From Hafnia phage Enc34: DNA of 60,496 nucleotides. The notes beneath the pieces were generated by a model. The model searched no databases. It had not been told where the DNA came from and saw only the letters and a program-made list of their open reading frames with translations. Position numbers and translations under genes: made by a program. Positions within the stretch are counted from its first letter, which is position 1; each line of letters opens with the position of its first letter. Shown here in pieces: positions 10,335-20,837 of this stretch. The stretch lies in sequence record NC_019524.2; one strand, given 5' to 3'.

Positions 10335-10893
10335 TGCACCAATTGCGGCAGGAAGACGCCGCTCTAATGCCCCGGACGCAGATACCGAGGCCATGATTTT
10401 CCAAGGCTGCAATATCACGCAGATAGCCAAGCTGTTTCGCATGGAGCGCCGGGACATCACGCCGAAGATTATGGATGTGCCGCCGATTGGTGAACGTGGT
10501 GGCTATCCGATCTACGCGGTGCATGAGGTGGCCCCGTACTTAGTCAAACCGCTGTACGACGTAGAAACGTATCTGCGTCGTATGAATTTTAAGGATCTGC
10601 CGAAAGAGTTGTCGAAAGAGTTTTGGGCGGGCCAACGAGCCAAGCAGGACTTTGACATCAAGGCCGGAAACCTTTGGGAGACAGAAGACATCATTTCCCA
10701 TTTTGGTGAGGCGGTTAAGATCCTGCGCATGTCACTTCTGCTGATCCCGGATACGCTGGCGCGTCAGGCCGGGCTAACAGAAGCACAACGATCAGCCACA
10801 CAGTCTGCAATCGACGGCATTCTGAACGACTTAACAGATGCGCTTGTCGACCGATTCAAAGAAGACAAAGAGGCCGATGACGATGAAGTTTAA
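10318..10893 (+). CDS. terminase small subunit (putative)
   Basis: Lies immediately upstream of TerL and overlaps it. HTH-like N-terminal region. Ends ADDDEV. Confidence 0.5.
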   Translation: MTKKIDAPIAAGRRRSNAPDADTEAMIFQGCNITQIAKLFRMERRDITPKIMDVPPIGERGGYPIYAVHEVAPYLVKPLYDVETYLRRMNFKDLPKELSKEFWAGQRAKQDFDIKAGNLWETEDIISHFGEAVKILRMSLLLIPDTLARQAGLTEAQRSATQSAIDGILNDLTDALVDRFKEDKEADDDEV

Positions 10894-12961
10894 ATCCATC
10901 GGGGCGATTCTCTGTAACGTCGCAGAGCAGCTACGCCCCCCAATGCGAATGACCGTGGCAGAGGCCGCGACTAAGTACCGTTATGTGAATCAGCCGGGCG
11001 CTTACGTAGGCCCGTGGATGAACAGCACAACGCCGTACATGGTTGACCCGATGAACATGCTCAACAGCCGCGACTATGACAAGATGGCGTTCATTGGCCC
11101 GGCACAGTCAGGAAAGACCGATGCGATCATCCTGAATGGCGTGGCGTTCTCGGTTAAAGTCGACCCCATGGACACAATGGTCTTCTGCCCGACAAGCACG
11201 GCAGCGCGTGACTTTTCAATGCGACGTGTCGACCGTCTTCACCGACACAGCCCGGAAATTGGCGCGATGTTGATGAAGAACCGCGATGCCGATAACAAGT
11301 TTGATAAGCACTACATTTCCGGCATCATCCTGACACTAAGCTACCCGTCTGTAACTGAACTGGCAGGCCGTCCGGTCGGTCGAATCATCATCACCGACTA
11401 TGACCGAATCGACGACGACATCGGCGGTGACGGTAACGCATTCGACCTCGCATCAAAACGTACAACGACCTTCGGGTCGTTTGCCATGTGTGCGGCAGAA
11501 TCCTCACCGTCCCGCCCGATTAAAGACCCGCAGTGGATTAGACGATCAGCTCACGAAGCCCCGCCATGCGACGGCATCGTCGGGCTATACAACCGTGGCG
11601 ACCGCAGACGTTGGAAGTGGCCTTGCCCGGATTGCGGCATGTATTTCGAAGGTGAATTCAAGTACCTGAAATGGGATACCAAGAACCGCGAAACCGGGGA
11701 AGACCTGTCAAACCTTGAGAAGTCTGAAACGGTGCGCATGGCCTGTCCGTGCTGTGGCGTTGAGATTTCACCGAACGACAAGTACGAGATGAATTTATGG
11801 GGGATGTGGGTACCGGAAGGATGTTCTGTGAATTCCGTTGGGCAATTGACGGGCACCAAGCCGCGTTCTTCGTTCGCATCGTTCTGGCTGAAAGGCACCG
11901 CCGCCGCGTTTATATCATGGCAGAAATTGGTACTGAACTATCTGGATGCGACTGACGATTATGAACGTACTATGTCAGAAGAGTCATTGAAAAAGTTCTG
12001 GAACAACGACATGGGCGAACCGTATCAACCGAAGTCCATTGAGTCGATGCGTGTCCCGGAACTGCTTAAAGCGCGTGCCGAAAAACTGGCAGAGAAAGAA
12101 GTCCCGCCGAACGTGAGATTCTTAGTCGCTACGGTCGACGTCCAGAAATACCGATTCGAAGTTATGGTCATGGGCATCGCGCCCGGCCTGCCGTTTGATA
12201 CGTACATTATCGACCGCTTCCCGATCACGAAGTCTAAGCGTCTGGATATTGACGGCGATCCTGAAATGCTTCGCCCCGGCTCATACCTAGAAGATTGGGA
12301 TCTGCTGATTGAGCAGGTGATGGATAAAGAGTATGAACTGTCTGACGGTTCGGGTCGCATGATGCCAATTAAGATGACCGGATGTGACTCAGGGGGTGAA
12401 GCCGGGGTAACAGGCAATGCGTATGAGTTTTACCGTAAATTACGCAAGACAGGTGAGAACAAACGGTTCACATTGGTTAAAGGCGACCCGTTAGTAAACC
12501 ATCCTCGCACGCATGTAGCTTTGCCTGACTCAAACCGCCGAGACAACAAGGCCATCGCACGCGGTGACGTTCCGGTATTGATGATTAACTCAAACATGAT
12601 GAAAGATGCCCTGAACGGTCGACTGGATGTCGTTGAGCCGGGCAAAGGCATGTACCACATCCCTGATTGGGTGGCAGATTATCTATACTCAGAACTGTGC
12701 GTTGAGATCCGTACCGAGAAGGGTTGGGAGAATCCGAACAGTTCACGAAACGAAACGTGGGACTTGAGTTATTATGTTTTAGGGATGTGCGCCAGTGGCA
12801 AGGTACTCGCAGTAGAATCTTTCGATTGGGACAACCCGCCATCATGGGCTGCAGATTGGGATGACAACACGCTGATCCGTATGCCAGAAGAAATGAAAAA
12901 GTTTGAACCGATCCCGTCGAAAGAATACAGTATGGCTGAATTAGCCGCGATATTAGCCTAG
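10877..12961 (+). CDS. terminase large subunit
   Basis: About 700 aa with ATPase and nuclease architecture, followed by gpW-like and portal genes. Confidence 0.8.
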   Translation: MTMKFKSIGAILCNVAEQLRPPMRMTVAEAATKYRYVNQPGAYVGPWMNSTTPYMVDPMNMLNSRDYDKMAFIGPAQSGKTDAIILNGVAFSVKVDPMDTMVFCPTSTAARDFSMRRVDRLHRHSPEIGAMLMKNRDADNKFDKHYISGIILTLSYPSVTELAGRPVGRIIITDYDRIDDDIGGDGNAFDLASKRTTTFGSFAMCAAESSPSRPIKDPQWIRRSAHEAPPCDGIVGLYNRGDRRRWKWPCPDCGMYFEGEFKYLKWDTKNRETGEDLSNLEKSETVRMACPCCGVEISPNDKYEMNLWGMWVPEGCSVNSVGQLTGTKPRSSFASFWLKGTAAAFISWQKLVLNYLDATDDYERTMSEESLKKFWNNDMGEPYQPKSIESMRVPELLKARAEKLAEKEVPPNVRFLVATVDVQKYRFEVMVMGIAPGLPFDTYIIDRFPITKSKRLDIDGDPEMLRPGSYLEDWDLLIEQVMDKEYELSDGSGRMMPIKMTGCDSGGEAGVTGNAYEFYRKLRKTGENKRFTLVKGDPLVNHPRTHVALPDSNRRDNKAIARGDVPVLMINSNMMKDALNGRLDVVEPGKGMYHIPDWVADYLYSELCVEIRTEKGWENPNSSRNETWDLSYYVLGMCASGKVLAVESFDWDNPPSWAADWDDNTLIRMPEEMKKFEPIPSKEYSMAELAAILA

Positions 12962-12978
12962 CAACAGGAGCCATAGCG

Positions 12979-13230
12979 ATGACCCCGGAAGAAGAATGCA
13001 GAGCACTATACAAAAAGTGGCTAGACGACGCCCTGAACGCCTACCAACAATTACAGATGGGTGGATCAGTCCGCGTGATCGTAGACCAGAACAGTGAACG
13101 CGTGGAATACACCGCAGCCAACCGACAAAGTTTGTGGGCGTGGATTCTGCAACTCAAAGCCGCCATTGCGTCAGATGACCCATGCAATGCCATCGGCAAA
13201 ACGGGCAAACCAGTAGGATTCTTATTCTGA
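12979..13230 (+). CDS. gpW-like head-tail joining protein
   Basis: 83 aa. The RVEYTAANRQSLWAWILQLKAAIA segment resembles lambda W, and the gene sits between TerL and portal. Confidence 0.5.
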   Translation: MTPEEECRALYKKWLDDALNAYQQLQMGGSVRVIVDQNSERVEYTAANRQSLWAWILQLKAAIASDDPCNAIGKTGKPVGFLF

Positions 13231-14900
13231 TGAAAGACGTCAAGAAAACGACCCGAACCCGGGCAAAGAAAGCCGTCGACGTCGTGGCAGAAACCGCAAC
13301 GGCTACCCCGATGGCAGTGGGCGGCGGCATGGAAGGAGCCGAGCGTACTACGCGTGAAATGTTCCAATGGAACCCGTCGATTATTTCCCCTGATCAGCAG
13401 ATTGCGCAGAATCAGGACATGGCGTCGGCCCGTGCTCAGGACATGGTTCAGAACGATGGTTACGCTGCAGGTGTTGTGGCAGTCCATCGTGATAGCATCG
13501 TTGGCTCACAGTACAAACTCAACGCCAAGCCAAACACTATCGTACTAGGTGCGCCTGACGGTTGGGGCGAAGAATTTCAGGAAGTGGTTGAGGCGCGTTT
13601 CAACATGGCAGCGGAGTCACCGGAAAATTGGTTCGACGCCCGTCGCATGTGTACGTTGACTGGCCTGACCCGATTAGCCGTAAGCGGATTTTTGATGACC
13701 GGGGAAGTCCTCGCAACCTGTGAGTGGTTGAACCCGACTGGCACTACAATGCAACGTCGTCCGTTCGGCACCGCCATCCAGATGATTAGCCCGTACCGCA
13801 TGTCCAACCCGAACAACGTGATGGATACGCCAAACCTGCGTTCTGGTGTTCAGCTAGACAATAACGGCGCAGCGCTAGGTTACTGGTTACGCAAAGCATT
13901 CCCGGGCGACCCAACAGACATGGAACAGTGGAAGTGGGGATATGAGCCAGCGCGATTCGATTGGGGACGTCGCCGCGTGATCCACATCATTGAGGCATTG
14001 CTGGCGGGCCAGACTCGCGGTATCAGTGAGATGGTTTCCGCGTTGAAGCAGATGAAGATGACGCGCAACTTTCAGGAGATTACCCTACAGAATGCCGTGG
14101 TCAATGCGACCTACGCCGCGTCTGTAGAATCTGAATTGCCGTCCGATGTGGTCTTCGGTCAGTTGGGTATGGGCCAAGGCGGATTTAAAGAGATCTTCAA
14201 CGAATACATGACCGGGTTAGCGAACTACGTTGCGCAGACGAAGAATATCGCGATTGACGGCGCTAAGATCCCACACTTATATCCGGGTACTAAGCTGAAA
14301 ATGCAGCCAGCCGGAACGCCGGGCGGCGTTGGTACCGACTATGAGCAATCACTGTTACGCAACATCGCCGCGTCTTTGGGTATGTCGTATGAGCAGTTCA
14401 GCCGCGACTACACCAAGACAAACTACTCGTCCGCGCGTGCATCCATGGCGGAAACGCAGAAGTACATGGACAGCCGTAAGAAGTTAGTAGCCGACCGATT
14501 TGCGTCAGCGATTTATACGTTGTGGTTGGAAGAAGAAGTCAACGCTGGTAATGTTCCGTTGCCACCGGGAAAAAACTGGCGCATGTTCTATGACCCGATG
14601 ATGCGTGATGCCCTATGTAACGCAGAGTGGATCGGTGCCAGCCGTGGTCAGATTGATGAGAAGAAAGAAACCGAAGCCGCAATCCTGCGAATCAAAAACG
14701 GCTTGTCGACTTACGAGGCCGAGATTTCACGCCTTGGCGGTGACTTCCGTGAAGTGTTCAAACAGCGAGCGCGTGAAGAAGGTCTTATCAAAAGCCTCAA
14801 ACTGGACTTCACAGGCAAGATGGTCGAAGGTAATTCGACTCAAAGCTCAAATAGCTCGGAAAGCACTAGCGACAATCCAAACGAGGAAACCACGCAATGA
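13230..14900 (+). CDS. portal protein (lambda B-like)
   Basis: Position and size. The ATG overlaps the gpW stop (TGATG). Confidence 0.8.
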   Translation: MKDVKKTTRTRAKKAVDVVAETATATPMAVGGGMEGAERTTREMFQWNPSIISPDQQIAQNQDMASARAQDMVQNDGYAAGVVAVHRDSIVGSQYKLNAKPNTIVLGAPDGWGEEFQEVVEARFNMAAESPENWFDARRMCTLTGLTRLAVSGFLMTGEVLATCEWLNPTGTTMQRRPFGTAIQMISPYRMSNPNNVMDTPNLRSGVQLDNNGAALGYWLRKAFPGDPTDMEQWKWGYEPARFDWGRRRVIHIIEALLAGQTRGISEMVSALKQMKMTRNFQEITLQNAVVNATYAASVESELPSDVVFGQLGMGQGGFKEIFNEYMTGLANYVAQTKNIAIDGAKIPHLYPGTKLKMQPAGTPGGVGTDYEQSLLRNIAASLGMSYEQFSRDYTKTNYSSARASMAETQKYMDSRKKLVADRFASAIYTLWLEEEVNAGNVPLPPGKNWRMFYDPMMRDALCNAEWIGASRGQIDEKKETEAAILRIKNGLSTYEAEISRLGGDFREVFKQRAREEGLIKSLKLDFTGKMVEGNSTQSSNSSESTSDNPNEETTQ

Positions 14901-16225
14901 GTGTCCAAATCAAATCGGCAATCACGTCCGCCCTGAACCGAATGAACGGCAATTTAGTCGCGGTTCGGGAAAACGACGCGACGTTTTTACAGAACATTAG
15001 CCAAATGCTCAACTGCAGCGCCGAAGATGACGTTGAGTTAGCAGAAGTGCAGATGCGTAATAGCTTATGCGCGGCCTACGGGATGAGTCCATCGACCTCC
15101 AATAAGCCATTCGCATTTTCTGGTGGGTATGCAATTATCCCGATCCATGGCTCCCTGATTAACCGTTACGGCGGTTATTACTACGGATACGTGACGGGGT
15201 ATAACTTTATCCGCAGCCAACGAAATGCTGCGCTGAATGACCCGGATGTCTTGGGTATCATTTACGACGTAAACTCCGGTGGCGGTGAAGCAGCAGGCTG
15301 TTTCGAACTGGCTCAAGAAATGTTCGATACACGCGACGTGAAACCTTCACTGGCGGTTGTCGACTCAAATTGCTATTCTGCTGCATATGCATTGGCAAGT
15401 GCGGCGGGTAGCATTGCGTTAACCCCGTCTGGCGGTGCAGGAAGTATCGGTGTTATCTCAATGCACGTCGACATGTCAAAAATGTTAGACGACATCGGAA
15501 TCAAGATTACACTGATTAAGTCCGGCGACCATAAAGCGGACGGCTCACCATACGAACCACTATCGGACGAAGTTAAAGCCGGGTGGCAGAAAGATGTTGA
15601 TGCCATGCGAGCCGATTTTGTCAATTTAGTCGCGCAAAATCGTGGGCTTGACGCTAAAGTAGTGCATGATACACAGGCAATGTGCTATAACGCTAACGAC
15701 GCACTGGCCCTTGGCCTAGTCGATGCAGTAGCGACACCACAACAATCAGTAGCAGCGTTTATCACCGGGGAAACAAACTCGGAATCAACTGGAGCTAACG
15801 CCATGACCTATACGCAAGAACAAATGGACGCCGCAGTAAACACCGCGCGTGCCGAAGCGTCCACCGAGGCGACGACTGCAGAGCGCAGCCGCGTTTCTGG
15901 AATCCTCGGATGTGAAGCAGCGAAAAACCGCCAGACACAGGCAGCACACTTAGCATTCAAAACTAGCATGTCGGTAGACGATGCAAGTGGCTTGATGTTA
16001 GCGTCCGCCGAAGAAGTACCAGTAGCCGCCGCAGCAGCAGCAGCGCCGACTAAGCCGGAAGCAAAAGCTGATCCTAGCCCGTTTAATGCGGCAATGGATG
16101 GCGCAAACCACCCTAACGCTGGCGCAGATACCGTTGCGGCAGAACCGGGTTCCGAGCAGGCGCAGACTGATGGTCTGATGGCTGCAATGTCTTCTGTGGC
16201 AGGCGCAGACGCGCTTAACGCATAA
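14897..16225 (+). CDS. prohead protease (S49/ClpP-like) with C-terminal scaffold-like region
   Basis: S49-type core (IPIHGSLINRYG...SGGGEA). Ala/Gln-rich C-terminal part similar to the nested lambda C/Nu3 arrangement. Confidence 0.75.
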   Translation: MSVQIKSAITSALNRMNGNLVAVRENDATFLQNISQMLNCSAEDDVELAEVQMRNSLCAAYGMSPSTSNKPFAFSGGYAIIPIHGSLINRYGGYYYGYVTGYNFIRSQRNAALNDPDVLGIIYDVNSGGGEAAGCFELAQEMFDTRDVKPSLAVVDSNCYSAAYALASAAGSIALTPSGGAGSIGVISMHVDMSKMLDDIGIKITLIKSGDHKADGSPYEPLSDEVKAGWQKDVDAMRADFVNLVAQNRGLDAKVVHDTQAMCYNANDALALGLVDAVATPQQSVAAFITGETNSESTGANAMTYTQEQMDAAVNTARAEASTEATTAERSRVSGILGCEAAKNRQTQAAHLAFKTSMSVDDASGLMLASAEEVPVAAAAAAAPTKPEAKADPSPFNAAMDGANHPNAGADTVAAEPGSEQAQTDGLMAAMSSVAGADALNA

Positions 16226-16240
16226 TTCGGGGATCATCCA

Positions 16241-16660
16241 ATGACCATGATTGCACTGATGGCGGCAACTAGCCTGCCAAACTACTTAGCCGGGAACGGC
16301 GACTTGGGTACGTGGGAACCTACTCAGATCTTTGCGGGTGAATCTGACATCGTTACAGACGGTGGTACTTGCGGCGCTGCCGTGACTATCTATCAGGTAA
16401 TCGCGAAAAACGCCGCTGGCGCTATCGTTCCGCATGATCCTACCGCAACTACGGGTTCTGGTGCCGACGAGAAGCCAGCGCCGCAAGCCGTAGCTATCGG
16501 CATTGCCGCACAGCCGTCCGAGAATGGTAAGAACATCCCTTACTACATCGGTGGCGTGTTCAACCACGCAGCGCTGACTTGGCATTCTTCTTTGGATACG
16601 TTGGCGAAGCGTCAGGCAGTATTTGAACGCACCAACCTCCACGTAACTAACCTGTACTAA
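16241..16660 (+). CDS. head decoration protein (gpD-like)
   Basis: Position before the MCP. The segment GIAAQPSENGKNIPYYIGGVFNHAALTW parallels lambda D. Confidence 0.55.
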   Translation: MTMIALMAATSLPNYLAGNGDLGTWEPTQIFAGESDIVTDGGTCGAAVTIYQVIAKNAAGAIVPHDPTATTGSGADEKPAPQAVAIGIAAQPSENGKNIPYYIGGVFNHAALTWHSSLDTLAKRQAVFERTNLHVTNLY

Positions 16661-16673
16661 GGAGCAGCATAAA

Positions 16674-17738
16674 ATGGCTGGATTATATACTACGTACCAA
16701 CTGCTGCAGGTACAGCGTAAGTTGAAAACGCTTCCGGCGTTCTTCCTGCAGTGGTTCCCGCGTGCCATTAACTTTGAAGAGGACATGATTGCCTTTGATA
16801 AAGTTATTCAGGACGTAACCCGTGTAGCGCCATTCGTGGCACCGAACGTCCAAGGTCGCGTGATCAAGGAAGAAGGTTACTCTACCAAAACGTTCAAACC
16901 TGCTTATGTAAAACCTAAGCATGTTATCGATCCTAATATGTTCGTTCCGCGTCAGCCGGGCGAAGCGTTGGGTACTGGCTCCCTGTCAATCGCACAGCGC
17001 CGTGACCGCGTAATCGCATTCCTGCTGATGAAGCACCGCGCGATGCACGAAAACACTTGGGAGTGGATGGCAGCACAGGCCGCGCAGTTCGGCTATGTTG
17101 ACGTACAAGGCCAAGACTACCCGCAAGTGCGTGTTGACTTCGGTCGTGACGCCGCGCTGACTATCACTACTGATTGGTCGGCAAGCGGTGTAACCCTGAT
17201 GGATATGATTCAAGACCTCCGTGACGGTCAGCGTCTGGTGTCGGATAAGTCTCTGTCTGGTACCGTGATCCGTGACTACATCTTCGGCGGTGACGCATGG
17301 GATCAGTTCGTCAAAGTTGGTGGCAAAGACCTGTGGGGCAAAGATGGTCTGATGGATTCGACGATCCGTGGGTCTGATACCAACGTCACCCGCTTGTGGG
17401 ATGATGTGGAAGGTGTTCAGTTCATGGGCGAATTAGTCGGAGCCAATGGCGCAGGTCGTATGCGTATTTGGGTGAATACTCAGAAGTACCGCGATGCGAA
17501 CAACCAAGAGCAATACCTGATGAAGCAGAAAGCTGTTATGGGTATTTCTCAGGCCATCGAAGGGGTACGTTGCTTTGGTGCGATTCTGGATAAGGCCGCA
17601 GGCTATCAAGCGCTTGAATACTTCCCTAAAATGTGGGATGAAGAAGACCCAAGCGTTGAGTACCTGATGTCGCAGGGGGCACCACTGATGGTTCCTGCTG
17701 ATCCTAACGCGTCCTTCCTGTTAACCGTGCTGGCATAA
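16674..17738 (+). CDS. major capsid protein (lambda E-like)
   Basis: 354 aa directly after the decoration gene. Strong GGAG RBS. Confidence 0.8.
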   Translation: MAGLYTTYQLLQVQRKLKTLPAFFLQWFPRAINFEEDMIAFDKVIQDVTRVAPFVAPNVQGRVIKEEGYSTKTFKPAYVKPKHVIDPNMFVPRQPGEALGTGSLSIAQRRDRVIAFLLMKHRAMHENTWEWMAAQAAQFGYVDVQGQDYPQVRVDFGRDAALTITTDWSASGVTLMDMIQDLRDGQRLVSDKSLSGTVIRDYIFGGDAWDQFVKVGGKDLWGKDGLMDSTIRGSDTNVTRLWDDVEGVQFMGELVGANGAGRMRIWVNTQKYRDANNQEQYLMKQKAVMGISQAIEGVRCFGAILDKAAGYQALEYFPKMWDEEDPSVEYLMSQGAPLMVPADPNASFLLTVLA

Positions 17739-17800
17739 TAGCCCGCTAAATTGAAACCGCGACCTGCCCGTTATGGGTGGGTCGAATTGGAGAAGTGATT

Positions 17801-18085
17801 ATGCCAAAACGTAAAGTTATTCAGACCGTTATCCTGTACCGCAACGGCGAGCGTGTTAAGCCAGCAATCGGTTCTATCTTTGACTTCACCGCAGACGAAG
17901 TTAAACAGCTAGGCGAGATTGCACCGGAAGCGCTGGCCCGCCCGATCATGGAAGTGGACGTGGAAAACCTTGAAGCCCAAAAGAAAGCAGAAGCCGCTAA
18001 AGAAGAAGCGCCAGCCAAGGTAGAGGATAAAGCTACCAAAGGCGGCAAATCTACCAAAGGCAATGCTGCAGACGATGAAGTCTAA
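17801..18085 (+). CDS. hypothetical head-tail module protein ending ADDEV
   Basis: ATG with a GGAGAAG RBS. Lys/Glu/Ala-rich C-terminal half with an acidic EV tail. Confidence 0.45.
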   Translation: MPKRKVIQTVILYRNGERVKPAIGSIFDFTADEVKQLGEIAPEALARPIMEVDVENLEAQKKAEAAKEEAPAKVEDKATKGGKSTKGNAADDEV

Positions 18086-18087
18086 TT

Positions 18088-18450
18088 ATGGCTTCTAACT
18101 TCGCGGCAGCAAAAGCGAAGATGCGGAGGGACGTTCACGCGTCCCTTTCCGTTTCTGCCCGCTATGAGAGTTATTCGCTGGATGTCGTAGTTGATGACAT
18201 TTCCGTTCGCTGGCACAACAAGATTGCCGTTCTCGGTGACTTAGAGAATGGCGGATATGCAAATGTGATCGAGGGCATTGAGCGCATCATTTTCGACCGT
18301 GCAGAACTGTTAGCCAAGAATGTCATGCTGGATGAAGGTGACGTGATTGTCATAACAGCCGAAGGGTTCGAAAATGCCCGTTTGGTACTAAAGACACAAG
18401 AGCCAATTGTTGGCCCGGTTGAAGTGGTCTGGCAGGTAGCAAGGGGGTAA
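18088..18450 (+). CDS. head-tail connector/adaptor-like protein
   Basis: Lambda FII-like position and size. Start/stop coupled. Confidence 0.4.
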   Translation: MASNFAAAKAKMRRDVHASLSVSARYESYSLDVVVDDISVRWHNKIAVLGDLENGGYANVIEGIERIIFDRAELLAKNVMLDEGDVIVITAEGFENARLVLKTQEPIVGPVEVVWQVARG

Positions 18451-18452
18451 AG

Positions 18453-19079
18453 ATGCCCATTAACATCGTATCTATCGGCGGTGCGGAGTTGTCCGAGTAC
18501 ATCCAACAAGTCCCTACCATCGCAAAACAATCAATCCGCTTGGCGATAAACAGTGTAGCCTCCGGCAAGGGTATGACCCTTCTCAAGAAGTCAATGTTAG
18601 ACGAGGTGGCTTTCCCCACTGGATACCTTAACGGCGACCGCCTAAAGCTAACTCAACGCGCCACCCCCTCAAACCTTGAAGCAGTTATCACAGGCCGTAA
18701 GCGTGCCACCAGCCTTGCTCGTTTCGTTACGGGTGGCAAGATGGTAGCGAACAGCAAACGGTCGGGCGGCGTACAGGTTCGGGTGAGTAAAGGCAAGACC
18801 ACCTACCTGAAAAACGCATTTCTAGTGAGACTGAACAAAGGTGCGAGCCTGACCGAAGATAACTACAACCTTGGCCTAGCGGTACGGTTATCGTCAGGGG
18901 AATCGTTATCCAATAAGCGGACTCAGCATAAGTCATGGCTGGTACCGGGTAAGGTAGCACTGCTTTACGGGCCATCCGTAGATCAGGTGTTTGCCACGGT
19001 TTCGGATGAACAGGCACCGAAGTTAGGGGATATGATTGCGGCTGAATTCCACCGTAACTTTGAAAGGTTATCCAAATGA
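18453..19079 (+). CDS. tail completion-like protein
   Basis: Synteny only (Z-like position). Confidence 0.35.
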   Translation: MPINIVSIGGAELSEYIQQVPTIAKQSIRLAINSVASGKGMTLLKKSMLDEVAFPTGYLNGDRLKLTQRATPSNLEAVITGRKRATSLARFVTGGKMVANSKRSGGVQVRVSKGKTTYLKNAFLVRLNKGASLTEDNYNLGLAVRLSSGESLSNKRTQHKSWLVPGKVALLYGPSVDQVFATVSDEQAPKLGDMIAAEFHRNFERLSK

Positions 19080-19582
19080 GCAATAGGCTAGATATTCTGA
19101 AAAAATTGACAGCGCATCTGGAAGGTATCACTATCACCAACGGTTATGCTCACGACCTAGCCGGGAAAGTCTTTCGGGGACGCGAGCGATTCGGGGAAAA
19201 CTTCACTAGCCGTCTACCGTTTCTATCCATACTGGAAGCGAAAGCAACGGACTATGGAAACTTCGCGGATGAAGAACAGGTAGTGCGCCAAGATGATTGG
19301 GTACTGCTTGTACAGGGTTGGGTCAATGACGACCCGCGCAACCCCACCGACCCGGCGTATGAATTAGTGGCAGATGTAGAAAAGCGATTAGCGATGATCA
19401 TTGAGCGCGACGCCCGGGGCATTGACCCTAAGTATCCCGGGGTCTACCTATTAGGCGGGATGATTGCTAAACTCACGGTAGCACAACCGGTTGTGCGACC
19501 ACCAGAAGACGCCCTTTCGGATAAAGCGTTCTTCTTCCTGCCGATTCGGGTGGGGCTAAAAGTCGACTTGAGAAACCCTTAA
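19076..19582 (+). CDS. tail terminator-like protein
   Basis: Synteny only (U-like position). Confidence 0.35.
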   Translation: MSNRLDILKKLTAHLEGITITNGYAHDLAGKVFRGRERFGENFTSRLPFLSILEAKATDYGNFADEEQVVRQDDWVLLVQGWVNDDPRNPTDPAYELVADVEKRLAMIIERDARGIDPKYPGVYLLGGMIAKLTVAQPVVRPPEDALSDKAFFFLPIRVGLKVDLRNP

Positions 19583-19596
19583 CAGGAGAAAGTACA

Positions 19597-20733
19597 ATGC
19601 CAGATTATGATAACAACTACGTCGTTGGTCGCGGGAAGGTCTACTTTGACCGCTTCAAAGACGGTAGCAACACCAAGACTGGTGAGATGTATTTCGGTAA
19701 CACCCCGGAATTCACGATCAGCACCGACTCAGAAACGCTAGACCACTACTCTTCTGATCACGGTATGCGTGTGATGGATGCCTCAGTATTACTGGAAGCG
19801 TCACAGGGCGGTACTTTCACTACCGATAACATCAACGCAGATAACTTAGCACTGTGGTTCTTGGGTGACGTGGATACAACCGCGCAGACTCAGGTTACAG
19901 ACGCTAAAGAGATTTTCAATCCGGTGATGCGCGGTCGTTACTACCAGCTAGGTGAAAGCCCGTCCAACCCAACTGGCGTGCGCGGCATTGATAATTTCCA
20001 AATGGTCAAGGCTGATGCATCGGTATCTATCTCAGTAGGTTCGGGCGACATCACGACAATCGTAGGTGCGACCGAAGTCCCGGCAGCAGGGAACTACGAT
20101 ATTGACTTAGAAACAGGTCGTGTCTATATCGAACCAGACTCAACCCTGTTAGCAGGCAACGTGCAGATCGCCGTTCAGTATGACATCGCCGCACAGAGCC
20201 GTACTTTGGTTATTGGCAAGTCCAACATGGTTTATGGCGCACTGCGCATGATTTCTGATAACCCGGTTGGCCTGAACAAAAACTACTACTTCCCTAAAGT
20301 GTCATTAGCGCCAGATGGTGACTATGCGCTGAAAGGTGATGACTGGCAGGTAATGTCGTTCACGTATAAAGCGATGCAGTTGAGCAACAGCACGCAGCGC
20401 GTATACATCGACATCGTTAAGCCGACTGGAACGATTGACCCGACCACCCAACGCTCTATCACCATTTCGCCAGCCTCAACGTCTGGTACCGTGGCTGACG
20501 GCATTGACGTGACGGCTACTGTCCGCGACGGCAACGGCGACATCGTGAATGGCGAGCAGGTAACGTTCACCGCGACTAACAGCGCGACCTTGACACCAGC
20601 AAGCGCCGCAACGACAGGTGCAGGCCAAGCCAAGACTAAGGTCAAACTGGCTGCAGCGGGTTCGACCGTAGTAACCGCCACAATCGCAGGCAATAAGTCT
20701 GCCTCAACGGGTACCCTGACTATCACTGCATAA
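19597..20733 (+). CDS. major tail tube protein with C-terminal Ig-like (Big) domain
   Basis: 378 aa before the chaperone genes. C-terminal Ig-like repeat (TVADGIDVTATVRDGNGDIVNGEQVTFTATN). Confidence 0.7.
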   Translation: MPDYDNNYVVGRGKVYFDRFKDGSNTKTGEMYFGNTPEFTISTDSETLDHYSSDHGMRVMDASVLLEASQGGTFTTDNINADNLALWFLGDVDTTAQTQVTDAKEIFNPVMRGRYYQLGESPSNPTGVRGIDNFQMVKADASVSISVGSGDITTIVGATEVPAAGNYDIDLETGRVYIEPDSTLLAGNVQIAVQYDIAAQSRTLVIGKSNMVYGALRMISDNPVGLNKNYYFPKVSLAPDGDYALKGDDWQVMSFTYKAMQLSNSTQRVYIDIVKPTGTIDPTTQRSITISPASTSGTVADGIDVTATVRDGNGDIVNGEQVTFTATNSATLTPASAATTGAGQAKTKVKLAAAGSTVVTATIAGNKSASTGTLTITA

Positions 20734-20754
20734 TCGGGTATCAAGTTGTACCGG

Positions 20755-20780
20755 AAAGCGCCTACGGGCGCTTTTCTTTT
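20755..20780 (+). terminator. rho-independent terminator
   Basis: AAAGCGCC tacg GGCGCTTT followed by TCTTTT. Confidence 0.65.
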
Positions 20781-20837
20781 ATGCGTTGTCTAAAGCTGTG
20801 CTACATTAACGACGGATTAGCGCAAAGGAGATCCGTC

